Origin: Paraspadella gotoi | Lineage: Eukaryota; Animalia; Chaetognatha | Direction: 5' to 3' | Length of the DNA stretch: 64,000 bases | Assembly (NCBI GenBank): GCA_051294375.1 | Contig: CM119263.1 | Coordinates: 27,120,611 to 27,184,610 of the forward strand | Shown: piece by piece, positions 51,332-64,000 of the stretch | Numbering within the stretch: position 1 is the first letter of the stretch | Layout of the letters: every line of letters begins with the position of its first letter | Notes under the pieces: model-generated | Told to the model about the DNA's origin: nothing | What the model saw: only the letters and a program-made list of their open reading frames with translations | Database searches by the model: none | Position numbers and translations under genes: made by a program

Positions 51332-51412
51332 GTCACGTGACGAAAAGGGAAAGCGAATCACGTGACGTATCTAGCGCGGTCGACGACGCCGCGTGAGACG
51401 ATCACGTGATCG
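51332..51412. promoter_or_regulatory. Cluster of three TCACGTGA E-boxes (CLEAR-type)
   Basis: GTCACGTGAC 51332-41, TCACGTGA 51358-65 and the palindrome CGATCACGTGATCG 51399-412, in a CpG-rich patch. Confidence 0.4.
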
Positions 51413-53492
51413 AAGTTTCANNNNNNNNNNNNNNNNNNNNNNNNNNNNNNNNNNNNNNNNNNNNNNNNNNNNNNNNNNNNNNNNNNNNNNNNNNNNNNNN
51501 NNNNNNNNNNNNNNNNNNNNNNNNNNNNNNNNNNNNNNNNNNNNNNNNNNNNNNNNNNNNNNNNNNNNNNNNNNNNNNNNNNNNNNNNNNNNNNNNNNNN
51601 NNNNNNNNNNNNNNNNNNNNNNNNNNNNNNTATCATTTTTAAGATATATTTACGATGAGTCATTTTCGACATAACATGAAAGATGAAATAAAATACGCCA
51701 AATACGTACAACCACGAAATCCTAACAAACACTATTTCAAAACTGCTTCTCTCATGTTTCGTTTAAAAACACCATTCCCCGCCCCCGCCCCCTTTCGGTC
51801 GAACCAACTTCCATCTCGCAACGCCCCCTTTCGTAAATCCCTTGTCTCGATCACGACGGTACGTCACTCTTATGATCGAATTGGACCGAAGCGCATCGAG
51901 TCAAGGGGGAAGGAAGACGTTTACAATAACGAGTTGGTGGTAGGAGATGACGTTTAATGTCGTCGTCGTCGTTGTCATGGCAACTCGATGCGATGCGTCA
52001 TCGACTGAGATAAAAGGATCCTCGCATTCCGAAACCAGAAAAGGAAAATATCGATATCATTCGAGATTTGGATGACAGAAACGTCGTCGTCGTCGTCGTC
52101 GTCGTCGTCGTTCAGCCTGACATAAACGTCGATGACGAGGATTCGAGAATTCGATTCCGAAAAAAGATTCGCGAAAATCGGGATAGAACAAAATGTCTCT
52201 CTCTCTCTGTCGAGCATCGATGTCTCTCTCTCTATCGAGACTTCATCGAATTTCTACTCGTAAAGGTTCGCCTCCAAGTACAGAGAATAAAGAATAAATA
52301 ATGATGGTCCTTAGCATCGAGAATAAACGATATCGCGAACGACAACAACAACGACAACGGCGACAAAAACGATCGCAATAACGTCGTTTGANNNNNNNNN
52401 NNNNNNNNNNNNNNNNNNNNNNNNNNNNNNNNNNNNNNNNNNNNNNNNNNNNNNNNNNNNNNNNNNNNNNNNNNNNNNNNNNNNNNNNNNNNNNNNNNNN
52501 NNNNNNNNNNNNNNNNNNNNNNNNNNNNNNNNNNNNNNNNNNNNNNNNNNNNNNNNNNNNNNNNNNNNNNNNNNNNNNNNNNNNNTCGTCGTCGTCGTCG
52601 TCGTCGTTGTCGTCTCTCAGAATCTTCCAACGACGGGCGACGCCTCTAGTCTTATCTCTGTTGCTCCATGACTTTTGCTTTCTCCTCCTGCTTCTAATTC
52701 TTCTTTCTCGTCTCGTACTGAGCCTGGCAGATTTACAGTATCTGAGTGTTGTCTCTTCATGTTGGCTCTGTTTAGTATTATTCATTTAATTTGAAATCAA
52801 CAGTAATAGTTATTTTTTCTCATCGTTTACAAGTCACATCCCATACAAAAAATTCATTTTCTCGTCAATTCCCCACAATCTGTATGTATCTTTCTCACTA
52901 CCCACATTCCCTTTCTTATTTTTCTCCACTATCCACACTCCAATGCGTTGGCGCGACATTAAATCCTTTGAATCCCTTTGTCCGGGATTTTTCGTGGAAT
53001 AACGTTGAGGCATTATAGTAGTAGTTGGGCGCATTTGGAAAATATGTGCGCTTTTTTTCCCCTTCTGTCGTTCTTTACTTAAATTTGATAACACTAACAA
53101 GAAAGTAATTTGCCAATGACTGTGTAACTAATAGAAGTTTTCGTCATCATTTTCTTCCTGATTACACTCAGGTAACTCTAGATAGCGCCAGAAGACGATA
53201 GATGGCGCGACATGACGCCAAGTGACGCCAGAGGGAGTAAGTTAATTGAAAAAGACTTAGTGGGGAAAAAAGATTTCGCTCCAGATGATGGCGAATGACG
53301 TCCAGGGTTTCTGTAAACCGCTTATCAGGGACTCGTTCATCCTATTTTATCTCTCTCTCTCTCTCTCTCTCTCATCCTCTCTCTCTCTCTCTCTCTCTCT
53401 GTCTTCATTCTCTCCTCTCTCAGCTCGATCTCTTCTTCCTGTCAAACAAAAAAAATCAGGTCAATCGTGAATCGTCCTTTCAACTGAGAGAG

Positions 53493-53542
<50 letters not shown>

Positions 53543-55145
53543 TAGAGAGAGAGAGAGAGATTCCGCACACAGAGAGAGGCCATAAACTACAGTCGCGTGG
53601 TCCTCTCAAATGAACTCGCCATAAAATGGGTGATCACGTGATGAACTTTTTGACTTCTCACGCGCGTCGAGTGGCGTCGCTGGGGTCGATGGCGCTCGTG
53701 TCTTTGAGCGGCTGCGGTGGCGCATGTGGCGTGGCGCCATCGCAAGAAGACGCGACTGGGCAAAGACCTGAATTCGTGATGAGGAGCTGAGATTGCTTGT
53801 TGCTTGGTTTTGGTATCCTTGATTTTAATTTGCTTTCTTTCTTTAATGTGCTTTTCTTTTGAAATGTTTTTCAAGGAATTTGATATAAAGCCAAAGTTGA
53901 TAAGGATATTAATCTATTTTTATCCCAACCCAAATATTAGCAAAAACTTTTGTTCACCTTCAACTAAAGATAAGTAATAAGTTTGTAATTTTAAATTTTA
54001 ATCGAGGCAACGAAAACGCAAAATCAACTTTCGCTAATACAATATTCCATTTTTAAGAAACTGACAAACAAAAAGGCAAAAGCCCAAATAAACAAAAGAA
54101 CAAAATGTTAATTCGGGTTCAAAATCCTCGATAAGCGAAAATCCGACGTCGAACGAAAGATCGAAGGGGAAGAGATGACCCCGTCAGGGTCGCCGTCTGC
54201 CCCCTTTTTATATCGGCCCTGCCCCGCAGCCATGAAGGGGCGAGGCACGCCCCTCGAAAAGGGAGGAGTGTGGACGAGGCGTGACATTCTCTATCGCCCC
54301 TGCCTCGATCTCGTTTCGGGCACGATAGAGGGCGCGTCGTGCCGCCGCGGCTGAGTCGCCAAGGGGGTCAACGATTTGAAGGGGAAACGAACGATTTTCG
54401 TTTTGTCCCTCATTTTATCGCCATTTATCACTTTTCGTCGTCGGGGAAGAAGGGGAACAGAAAAAAAAAAGCTAAAGCAAAGCAAAGTAAAGTAAAGCGA
54501 AGCAAAAGCAAAAGCCAAGCGAAGATGAAAGTAAAGCAAAGGAAGACAACAATATAAAAGTTTAGGAAATGTATTATATATATACACGCGACTTAATTTT
54601 TTGGGGTTCAAATTCATAATATTTGACGAATGCACAGTTTGTTTCACCAGCGCTTTAAAACTGTTATCTAATAAAATCTGGGTCAAAATCGAGATCGACG
54701 AAAAGACAAGGGCGACGACGCAATAATCATAAATTTTCGCTTCGACGAAAACGAAGAGGACGAAGACGACCATAACGACGATGACGACGACGACGACGAC
54801 AGAAATAAAGAATGACAAAGAAAAACAAAGTCGATTCTAACATAATGATTCGGCCTAAAATGGCATCAACGATGAAAGTGATGAATGTTATCCGAATGTG
54901 ACGCGTAAAAAAAGGACAATGATGTCCACAATGACAAAGAGATTAATGCCAAAAACGACGACGACAACAACAAAAACAACAACGACAACAACTAACAACA
55001 ACGACACCCGGGCGAAGCGTTCTCGTCGCCGTCTCGTCGGCGATCCGTTCGTCCGTCCATAAGTCAAGAGATAGAGAGGGAAATATACGAGGACAGAGGC
55101 AGACGCGAAACGATAAACCGGGAAGGGGGGAGAGAGAGAGAGAGT

Positions 55146-55184
<39 letters not shown>

Positions 55185-55837
55185 CGCACCTTCGAGATTG
55201 AAGGTCTGACGGAAGTCGTTAATTTGGGTGTGAGGATCGAGAAGCGGGAGACATGAGCATTGGGCCGAATTGGGCATTGGGTATTAGGCATTGGGTGTTG
55301 GGGATTGGGCATTAGGCAAGGAATAGAGTAAGGGAGGTGGCAAGAGAGAGAGGAGTATAGTAATAGGAAATATACTCGACGAGAGAATAGAAAGACAGGA
55401 GAATAAAAATAGTAAGTGCTACGAGTTAGAGATAATTATGAAGATTATGAAAGGAAAAGGCCACAAAAAAGTTTACAAAAAAACTCCTAGTTAGTTCGTA
55501 TTTTATTCATATTTACAAGCCTAAAAACATTATTTTGTGTATAGTTACAAATGAAAAACACAGACAAACTTTTAATGTGTCGTATCCGTTTGTTGGAAGG
55601 AAAAGGAATTGTCTCTTCGTCGATTCAACGTTTGAATTATTCGTCGCTTTTCGAACGATTTCTTTCTTGGCTCGGATTCAGAAGGAGAGNNNNNNNNNNN
55701 NNNNNNNNNNNNNNNNNNNNNNNNNNNNNNNNNNNNNNNNNNNNNNNNNNNNNNNNNNNNNNNNNNNNNNNNNNNNNNNNNNNNNNNNNNNNNNNNNNNN
55801 NNNNNNNNNNNNNNNNNNNNNNNNNNNNNNNNNNNNN

Positions 55838-55872
<35 letters not shown>

Positions 55873-58800
55873 GAAATTCCGAATCACAAATCCCGTTTAA
55901 CGAAATCGGGAATCAGGTGTCGGAGAAGACTAATCTACTCGATCTGACCAGATCCACAGATCTACTCTCTCTGCCCCTTTTAACCTGACCCTTCCCTTAC
56001 CTTCAACGCCACACACTTTAACTGACCAATCTCTTTTTCGGACGCCTACTTTCCCACCAAAGTCAGCTCTCGCTCACCTGACCACCAACGCCTAAGGCCT
56101 TAAAACTACTAGACTNNNNNNNNNNNNNNNNNNNNNNNNNNNNNNNNNNNNNNNNNNNNNNNNNNNNNNNNNNNNNNNNNNNNNNNNNNNNNNNNNNNNN
56201 NNNNNNNNNNNNNNNNNNNNNNNNNNNNNNNNNNNNNNNNNNNNNNNNNNNNNNNNNNNNNNNNNNNNNNNNNNNNNNNNNNNNNNNNNNNNNNNNNNNN
56301 NNNNNNNNNNNNNNNNNNNNNNNNNNNNNNNNNNNNNNNNNNNNNNNNNNNNNNNNNNNNNNNNNNNNNNNNNNNNNNNNNNNNNNNNNNNNNNNNNNNN
56401 NNNCACCAACACACCACCACCCTCGGCCGGAATCGAGGAAGATTTGGCCTTGATCAAGGATCAGGGTGCAGGAATCACGGACGACGACGACNNNNNNNNN
56501 NACGACGACGACGGAAAAACCAATTTTGGAATTTTTTGAAGGAGGAGGGCGGACAGGTGAAGTGGAGCGGAGGAGGAGGGAGGAAAGAGGGAGGAGAGGA
56601 GNNNNNNNNNNNNNNNNNNNNNNNNNNNNNNNNNNNNNNNNNNNNNNNNNNNNNNNNNNNNNNNNNNNNNNNNNNNNNNNNNNNNNNNNNNNNNNNNNNN
56701 NNNNNNNNNNNNNNNNNNNNNNNNNNNNNNNNNNNNNNNNNNNNNNNNNNNNNNNNNNNNNNNNNNNNNNNNNNNNNNNNNNNNNNNNNNNNNNNNNNNN
56801 NNNNNNNNNNNNNNNNNNNNNNNNNNNNNNNNNNNNNNNNNNNNNNNNNNNNNNNNNNNNNNNNNNNNNNNNNNNNNNNNNNNNNNNNNNNNNNNNNNNN
56901 NNGGGAAGAGAGAGGTGAGGGAAGGAAAGAAAAGTAATGAGGAAGGAAATAGAAAAGTTGGAAAAAGCTCAAGGCAAATCAGAAGGAGAGAAAAAAATGG
57001 AAAGGAAGAATAGAAAAAATCGCCGGGAGGGAAGATGGCGCTGACCTCAAGAACAAGAAATGGAGTAGAAGGAAATAGAAACCAAGAAGGAGAGGAAGTT
57101 GGAATTGAAGAACGAATCGTTTGAGCGGTTGTGACTTGTGAGTGAGTGAAAGAAAGGAAGAGAGTGAATGAGAGAGAACTTTGACAGAGACGAAGAATTC
57201 GAGTGACTGAAGATAGAGGAGAGAGAGAGATAGAGACGGGAAAAAGATTAGAGAAATTATCTCTAAGAGAAGAATGATCGACATAAATATTAATCTTTCG
57301 GTAAACATGAAATAAGAAATAATAACTTGGATGAAATATTAGCCAACGGAACCGAAAGTTAAAGTTTACCCATAAAAACGCAATTCAAAATTTTTACTTG
57401 AACTTTTTTCTCGAAGATAAATCATTGCCTTTTTCTTTCGTTTTTTCTTTTTTTCTTTTCTTTCTTTCTTCCTCCTTTTCCTTTTTCCAATCTTTTCCTC
57501 TTCCCCCTCATATTGAAAATACACGTTCTTCCTCCTCCTCCTCTTCGATTGAGTCATCCTTTCGTTTCCCTTTCACGTGATTGCGTCGAAAGAACAAAAA
57601 AGTTGGAAAAGCGAAACAGTTTCGTTTTTGGGAAAACGATAGAAACGCGATCTGAAAACAAAAACCGTTTCATTCTTCGGAAAACATAGTTTGGCGAAAA
57701 AAAAGTTAGCACAGAACGAAGTGGAGACTTAGAGAACCAATACCAATTCCGAGTCGGCAGCAATGATACACATAAATACAATTTCTTGGCATTGACGAGT
57801 TCATCTCCCACTTTTGATGAGCCTTGGAGATTTCGTGTCCGTTCATTGGCGAGAAAAATGACAAGATCGATTTCGCCTCATCATTCTCAGATTCTCTTCT
57901 CTCTCTCTCATCACCTCTCTCTTCATCTCTCTCCTCTCTCGTCTATACTCCTCTACTCATCTGCTTCTCATCCATCACTCCTCTCTCTCTCTTCTGTTAA
58001 ATAGCAATACCAATGTACCAAATCGTTCCATCGTCCCCATCATCTCTCATCCCAAAACAAACAAAGACATTAATCTTCTTTCTTTCGTTCCTCCACTTTC
58101 TTTCCTACCACTTTCCTTTTCCTCACTTCCTTCTTCGTCTTTTCTCTTACTTTGCGGCATCTTTCTCTTCCTTTCTTTACTGCTTACTTTCCTTTCATTT
58201 CATCTTTCCTTCCTTCGTCTTTCGCTCTTCTCTTTCTTTCCTCAATCTTTCCATTTTTTCGTCTTTCTTTCTTTCCTTTCCTTTCGTTCTATCTCCTCTT
58301 TCTTTTCCCTCATTCCCTTTCGCTTTTCGTCCTCTCTAACGTTTTCTTTTCTTCTCCTTCCTCTTCTTATCGCATTCACGTCATTCTTTTCCTTTCCTCC
58401 ATCATCTCTCGACGGAAGACACAACCGATAATAGCAATAGTAACATTAAAAAGGACAGCTTCGAGACGGTCGTGCTTTCCCAGAACGACCACCGCCGCGG
58501 ATTATTACCGCTTCTGACCCCCTCTCAACTCAACCCCAAATATCACGCCACCCCATTTCTCTGCATCGCCATTTTTCGTTTGGAACTCGACAATCGTGCC
58601 TCGTTCCCCTCCGCATCCACATTCCGTCCGCCGTATTTCCTTGATTTATCTCTCTCTCTCTCTCACATCTTTCTCTCTCTGCTCTCTCTCTCTCTCTCTC
58701 TGCATCTCCTTCGTATCTCTCTCATCTCTGCCATATTCTCGGCGCGTCCGCCCACCCCCAAAAAAGGGGGCATCTTCTCCTCTCTCTTCTCTCTCATCTC

Positions 58801-61329
58801 TACTCTCTCTTCCTCCTGCTTCTCATCTTCTCTCCTCTCTCTCTCTCCTCTCAGTCTCTCTCTTCCATCATTTGCTCCTCCAAAGGGAGCTCAATTAAAA
58901 ATATCTTGAACCCTAAATTCTCCGCGCGCGGAATGGGAATGATAAAAAACGGTCTACTACTGATTTGCTCTGGAGGGATCATATGTTTTCTTTAACGTCC
59001 TCTCCTTTGCGCATGCCGGGGTCTTCAAACGAGTGGACGTTTCAAGGGTGGGAGAGACGTTTTGAAACGCATTGAATCGAAATCGTGTGGACGGAGTCGA
59101 TAAAAGCGCAGATTCCCCGGTGACAAAATAATAAAAAGGGTAAAAATAGGTTGCGAACGAGCGTCGGCTGTCAACAGTGAACAGCCAGAGCGATTTGGTG
59201 ATTTGTGAGGATCAAATTGGCAGTTTGGAAAAACGTTTTCAATTGCCGAGTTTATACGATATTGCAACATTCTCTTTTTGAAATTTGATGTTTTTTCTAT
59301 ACTTTAAGAAACGAATGGGAAAAATTTAAAGCTCGAAAAAATTGTTTGACAAAGTCTGCCTATTACAATTTTTTTTCAATATTTAATTTAATTTAATAAA
59401 AGAAAAACATTAATTTCAGACGGAAAGAAAAAACAACAAAAAACCAAAAAAACAAAAAAACAAAAAAATTCAAATTTTAGACAAAGAGGAGTCTCCCATA
59501 TGTCTCGAGGTTTTCTAAGGCCACTACTTAAATTGATCCGGGTGGGTCTTAAATCCGGATGGCCTTCCCTTATAATCTACGCGACTCCTCGCGATTAACT
59601 ATCGCATGCGTCTATCTTACATTCCGTTAACATTACCATTCCACCATCACGACGTGAATTTAGCGATCCCGCAATTCTTTCTTTTCGCCTCCATCTTTCT
59701 TCCTCTAAGCCAATTTTCGATCGCTTCTTTTCTTTCTTCTTTCTATTTTCTTTTCTTTCTTTTTTTGTTCTTTTATTTCCTTTCTTCATTCTTTTCTTAT
59801 TCTTTTCTTTTCTTTCCTTTTTTTTTTCCTTTTTTTCTTCGTTTTCTTTTTTTTATTTTCTTTTCTTCTGTCTTGGTTTTTTTTTCTTTTCTTATTTCCT
59901 CATTCTTTCCTCTTTGCTCTCTTGCTCCTTTTTGGTTCTTTCTAGCATAGCTGGTCACTGATATTACTTTGTTTCTTTTTCATTATTTTGTTTCTTTTTC
60001 TACTCTATATCTCTCCATGTTTTATCAAATCCACAACAAGATTTTTATCTCACTTTTTCCACGGTCCCGGTCAATATCTTTCTCTTTAAAACGGTCACAT
60101 ATTTTCTTTATAAATCATTATAAACTTGCACAGAGCTCTCCATTCCATGACCGGCCCGCCAAGTTCTAAATATCCTTCACTTCGTACAAGCAAAAATACC
60201 AAAACCAACACATAACAATAATCTAAACTCATCTTTTCCGCAAATTCACATCGTGCCGAGACCTATTCCTTGTAGCCCACGCCTCCTCTTGCCTTCTCTC
60301 TCTCTCTCTCTCTTCCCACTAATCCAGTCTCTCTAGCCCTCTCGTGCTCGCATCTCACACTATCTCTCTCTTCTCTCTCTCTCGCCTCTCCTCTTCTCCT
60401 CTCGGTCTCTCTCTCCTACCCAACATCCATGCTTTTCTCATCACAAGATTATTTTAAATTCAATTTTTTATATTATCTTTTTTTTTTTTTTTTTCATTTA
60501 TTACGTTTTTTTTCCTCAAAATCTCAATTCATCAATTGTTATGTATATTCCCACATTTTTCTTTATGTTTCTTCTTTATATCATTATCCAACCATTTTTC
60601 AATATTTTTCTAAATTTTTATATTTTATGAAATTCTCCGCAATTTTATACAATCATTCTGTTCTTTTATGAAAAACATATTCCGCGCATTATCACTGTAA
60701 ATTAATCACCATCCCTTTCAAACTCCCAACTCTGACAGGAATTTCCATCCGGATCCGGTGTAGCACTGTCCCACCGCCTTATCATCGCACTTGAACCAAA
60801 TTCCAATCCGAATCTCCTCCTCCATCCCATCACTGTTGTGAAATAAGTCGTAAACTCGTGTCCCCAGCGGTTTAAAAAGGCTTTTATGGGAAGGCAACAA
60901 ACATAATCAATCCGAAAACGCGGGACGAATCGCGAACGAAGTTTTTTCCAGCTATCTCTTTTTTTCTTTTTTTTTTTTTCCCCACCCGTTTTTTTTTTTC
61001 CTGAAAATTGTTTTGTTTTAGATTATTTTATTTTCTTTTTTCTTTTTTTTCGGTTGTTTTGGTTTTCTACTGGGTGGGCGTTTCTTTCTCTCTCTTTCTT
61101 CCTGTTTGAAGAAAAATCGAATTTATTCATTTATTATATTTGGTGGGTTTCTATCTCTCTCTCTCTAGAATAAAGATTCGGTCAGGTAACGGTTAATTTT
61201 TAAATTGAACTGGAAAGATTTTTCGATTAACAGAGAGGAGCCGGAACCTTTTTTTTTTTTTCCTTTTTTCTTGTTTCTTTCAAGNNNNNNNNNNNNNNNN
61301 NNNNNNNNNTTTCCTTCTTCCATTCCTCT

Positions 61330-63495
61330 TCTTCCCATGCCCTCTTCTTATCCATTCAGTCATCTTTCCATTTCTCCTTACTCAGACGGAAGACACCAAC
61401 CGATAATACAATAGTAACATAAAAAGGCCGTTCGCGCACGGTCGTGCTTTCCCAGAACGACCACCCCGCTGGATTAATTACCCGCTTCTGACCCCCTCTC
61501 AACTCAACTCCCTAAATATCACGCCCACCCCATATTCTCTCTCGCCATTTTTCGTTTGGAACTCGACAATCGTGCCTCGTCCCCTCCCCATCCACTTTCC
61601 GTCCGCCGTATTTCCTTGTAATCTCTTTCTATCTCTCTCTCTCTCTCCATTCTCTCCTGCTCTCTCTCTCTCTCATCTTCATCTCCTCTCGTATACTCTC
61701 CCTCATCTCTGCCCCATTTCCGCGCGTCCGCCCCCACCCAAAAGGGGGGCAATCTCTCTCTCTCTCTCTGTCTCTCTCATCTACGTCATCTCTCCTCCGT
61801 TCTCTCTCATTCCCCTCCTCTCTCCTCTCGATTCTCTCATCTCTCTCATTCTCTCATCTTGCTCCTCCAAAGGGACTCAATTAACAACAATCCTTGACCC
61901 TAAATTCTCCGCGCGGAAGGAATGATAAAAAAACGGTTACTACTGATTTGCTCCTGGAGGGATCATATGTTTTCTTTACGTCCTCTCCTTTGCGCATGCG
62001 GGGTCTTCACGAGTGGACGTTCAAGGGTGGGAGAGACGTTTTGAAACGATTTGAATCGAAATCGTGTGGAACGGAGTCGATTAAAAAGCGCAGATTCCGG
62101 CTGACCAAAAAATAAAAAGGGTAAAAATAGGTTGGAACGAACGGTCGCTGTCACAGTGACAGCACAGAGTGATTTGGTGATTTGTGAGTCAAATTGGCAG
62201 TTGGAAAACGTTTTCAATTGACCGGTTTCTACGATTTCAACATTCTCTATTTTGAATTTTGTTTTTTTATACTTTAAGAAACAAGAAGGAAAAATTTAAA
62301 CGCTCGAAAAATTGTTTGACGAAAGTCTGCCTATTACAATTTTTTTTTCAATATTTAATTTAATTTAATAAAAAAAAACATTTTTAGACGGGAAGAAAAA
62401 AACAACAACAAAAACCAAAAAAACAAAAAAAAAATCAATTTTAGCAAAGAGGAGTCTCCCATTGTCTCGTTTTAAGGCCCTCTTAAATCCGGGTGGGTCT
62501 TAAATCCGGATGCCTTCCCTTTTAAATCTCGCTCCTCGCGATTACTCATCGATGTCTCCTTCTTTTCCTCCGAGTGAATCCTTTCCCGATTTCGTGGAGT
62601 AGAATTACGATCCGCTTCTTTTCTTTTTCTCTTTTCTTTTCTTTTCTTTTCTTTTCTTTTCTTTCCTTTTCTTTTCTTTTCATTTCTTTTTGTGTTTTCT
62701 TTTCTTTTTCTTTTTCTATTCTTTCCTCTTTGCTGTTTTTTCTTTCTGTCCTGTTTACTGTTTCTTTTTCATTATTTTGTTTCTTTTTCTCTCTTATCTC
62801 TCCATGTTTTATCCACAACAAGATTTTTTCTTATTTTCCACGGTCCAATTCTTTCTCTTTTACGGTCACATAATTTTCTTTATAATCATTTAACTTGCAT
62901 GAGCTCCTTTCCATCCGCGCCAGTCTTAATATATCTTCACTTCGTACACAAAAATAACAAAAACCAACATAACAATAATCTAACTCCTTCCGCAAATACA
63001 ACTATCGTCCAGACCTTTCCTTGTCGCCCCGCCTCCTTTGCTCTCTCTCTNNNNNNNNNNNNNNNNNNNNNNNNNNNNNNNNNNNNNNNNNNNNNNNNNN
63101 NNNNNNNNNNNNNNNNNNNNNNNNNNNNNNNNNNNNNNNNNNNNNNNNNNNNNNNNNNNNNNNNNNNNNNNNNNNNNNNNNNNNNNNNNNNNNNNNNNNN
63201 NNNNNNNNNNNNNNNNNNNNNNNNNNNNNNNNNNNNNNNNNNNNNNNNNNNNNNNNNNNNNNNNNNNNNNNNNNNNNNNNNNNNNNNNNNNNNGTCCCTC
63301 GGTTTAAAGGCTTTATGGAAGGCAAACAAACATAATCATCGAAAACGCGGACGAATCGCGAGTTCCAGCTTCTTTTTTTTTCCCCCGTTTTTTTCTGATG
63401 TTTTGTTTTAGTTATTTTATTTTTTTTTTCGGTTGTTTTGGTTTCTATGGTGGGCGTTTCTGTTTGATCGATTATTTTGTTTCTCTAGATAAGAA
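61330..63495 (+). repeat. Tandem duplicate of ~58380-61175 across a 25-N gap
   Basis: Collinear blocks (GGTCGTGCTTTCCCAGAACGACCACC, CCGGGTGGGTCTTAAATCCGGAT) differing by indels. Confidence 0.85.
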
Positions 63496-64000
63496 TTGAC
63501 AGGAGTTATTATGACTGGAGATTCTGATTACAGGGAAAACTTTTCTTCTTTATGTAAATATATTATATATTATATATTGAATGGCAAGTCTGATTCCTTC
63601 AAAATTATTGGTTATTTCTCGAGCAAAACGTTAATATTCTTTAGCGATTTTTTCGCGTTGTATTTTGAATCGTCTAGTACGTAAATTTGAATAGCCCAAA
63701 AACTAGCTGAGATAAAAAGGCCTTTTTTTCTTACTCTGCTCAACAGTTGACAATAACCGATTTTGCTTACAATAACCGTTACAATAATCATTGACAACCG
63801 TCATTCGTCATCCTTTTTCTCGTCTTCGCCTTTTTTCCTTCTCTTCAACCGGCCAACGCCTTATCTCCTTCCCAAGGCCGAACCGATCATTCGCCGCGGA
63901 ATTCTGGCCACCGAAAGCAACAAGGACGTGTTGCTAAGGCGCGTTGCTAAGGCGAGCGAGGACGAGCGGATCAGGGGCCGCTTCCATCCATGGAACCAAC

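Noticed and set aside
55258-55317. (ATTGGGC)n heptamer repeat resembling cyanobacterial STRR
   Set aside because: Short, embedded in eukaryotic microsatellite-rich DNA with no bacterial genes nearby; best read as a minisatellite.
48312-56972. ORFs containing long X runs
   Set aside because: They are open only because they cross N gaps.

Overview
Eukaryotic, most likely invertebrate metazoan, genomic DNA from a draft assembly. It has spliceosomal introns, many (AG)n/(GAC)n microsatellites, N-gaps and several near-tandem duplications with indel-noisy copies, often beside exact 25-N gaps, which look like long-read gap-filling artefacts. Three protein-coding genes are well supported. One is a 7-exon luciferase-like/4-coumarate:CoA-ligase-like adenylate-forming enzyme (1348-4143, minus, 549 aa) with a probable GC-AG intron, a remodelled A8 loop and no PTS1. 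The other two are tandem, intronless, unusually long XK-related (scramblase-family-like) membrane proteins (29233-31491 and 33612-36413, minus) that share a Cys-rich loop insertion. Non-coding content includes an intact minimal type-I hammerhead ribozyme (6421-6462) with decayed relatives, a hairpin-dense 310-nt island (6601-6915), a Helentron-associated HINE/DINE-like element, several MITE families, a recently mobile ~113-138 bp insertion forming a perfect inverted repeat, and RFX X-box and E-box motif clusters. Most ORFs in the supplied track are microsatellite or gap translations. No database searches were run; family assignments come from motif recognition.
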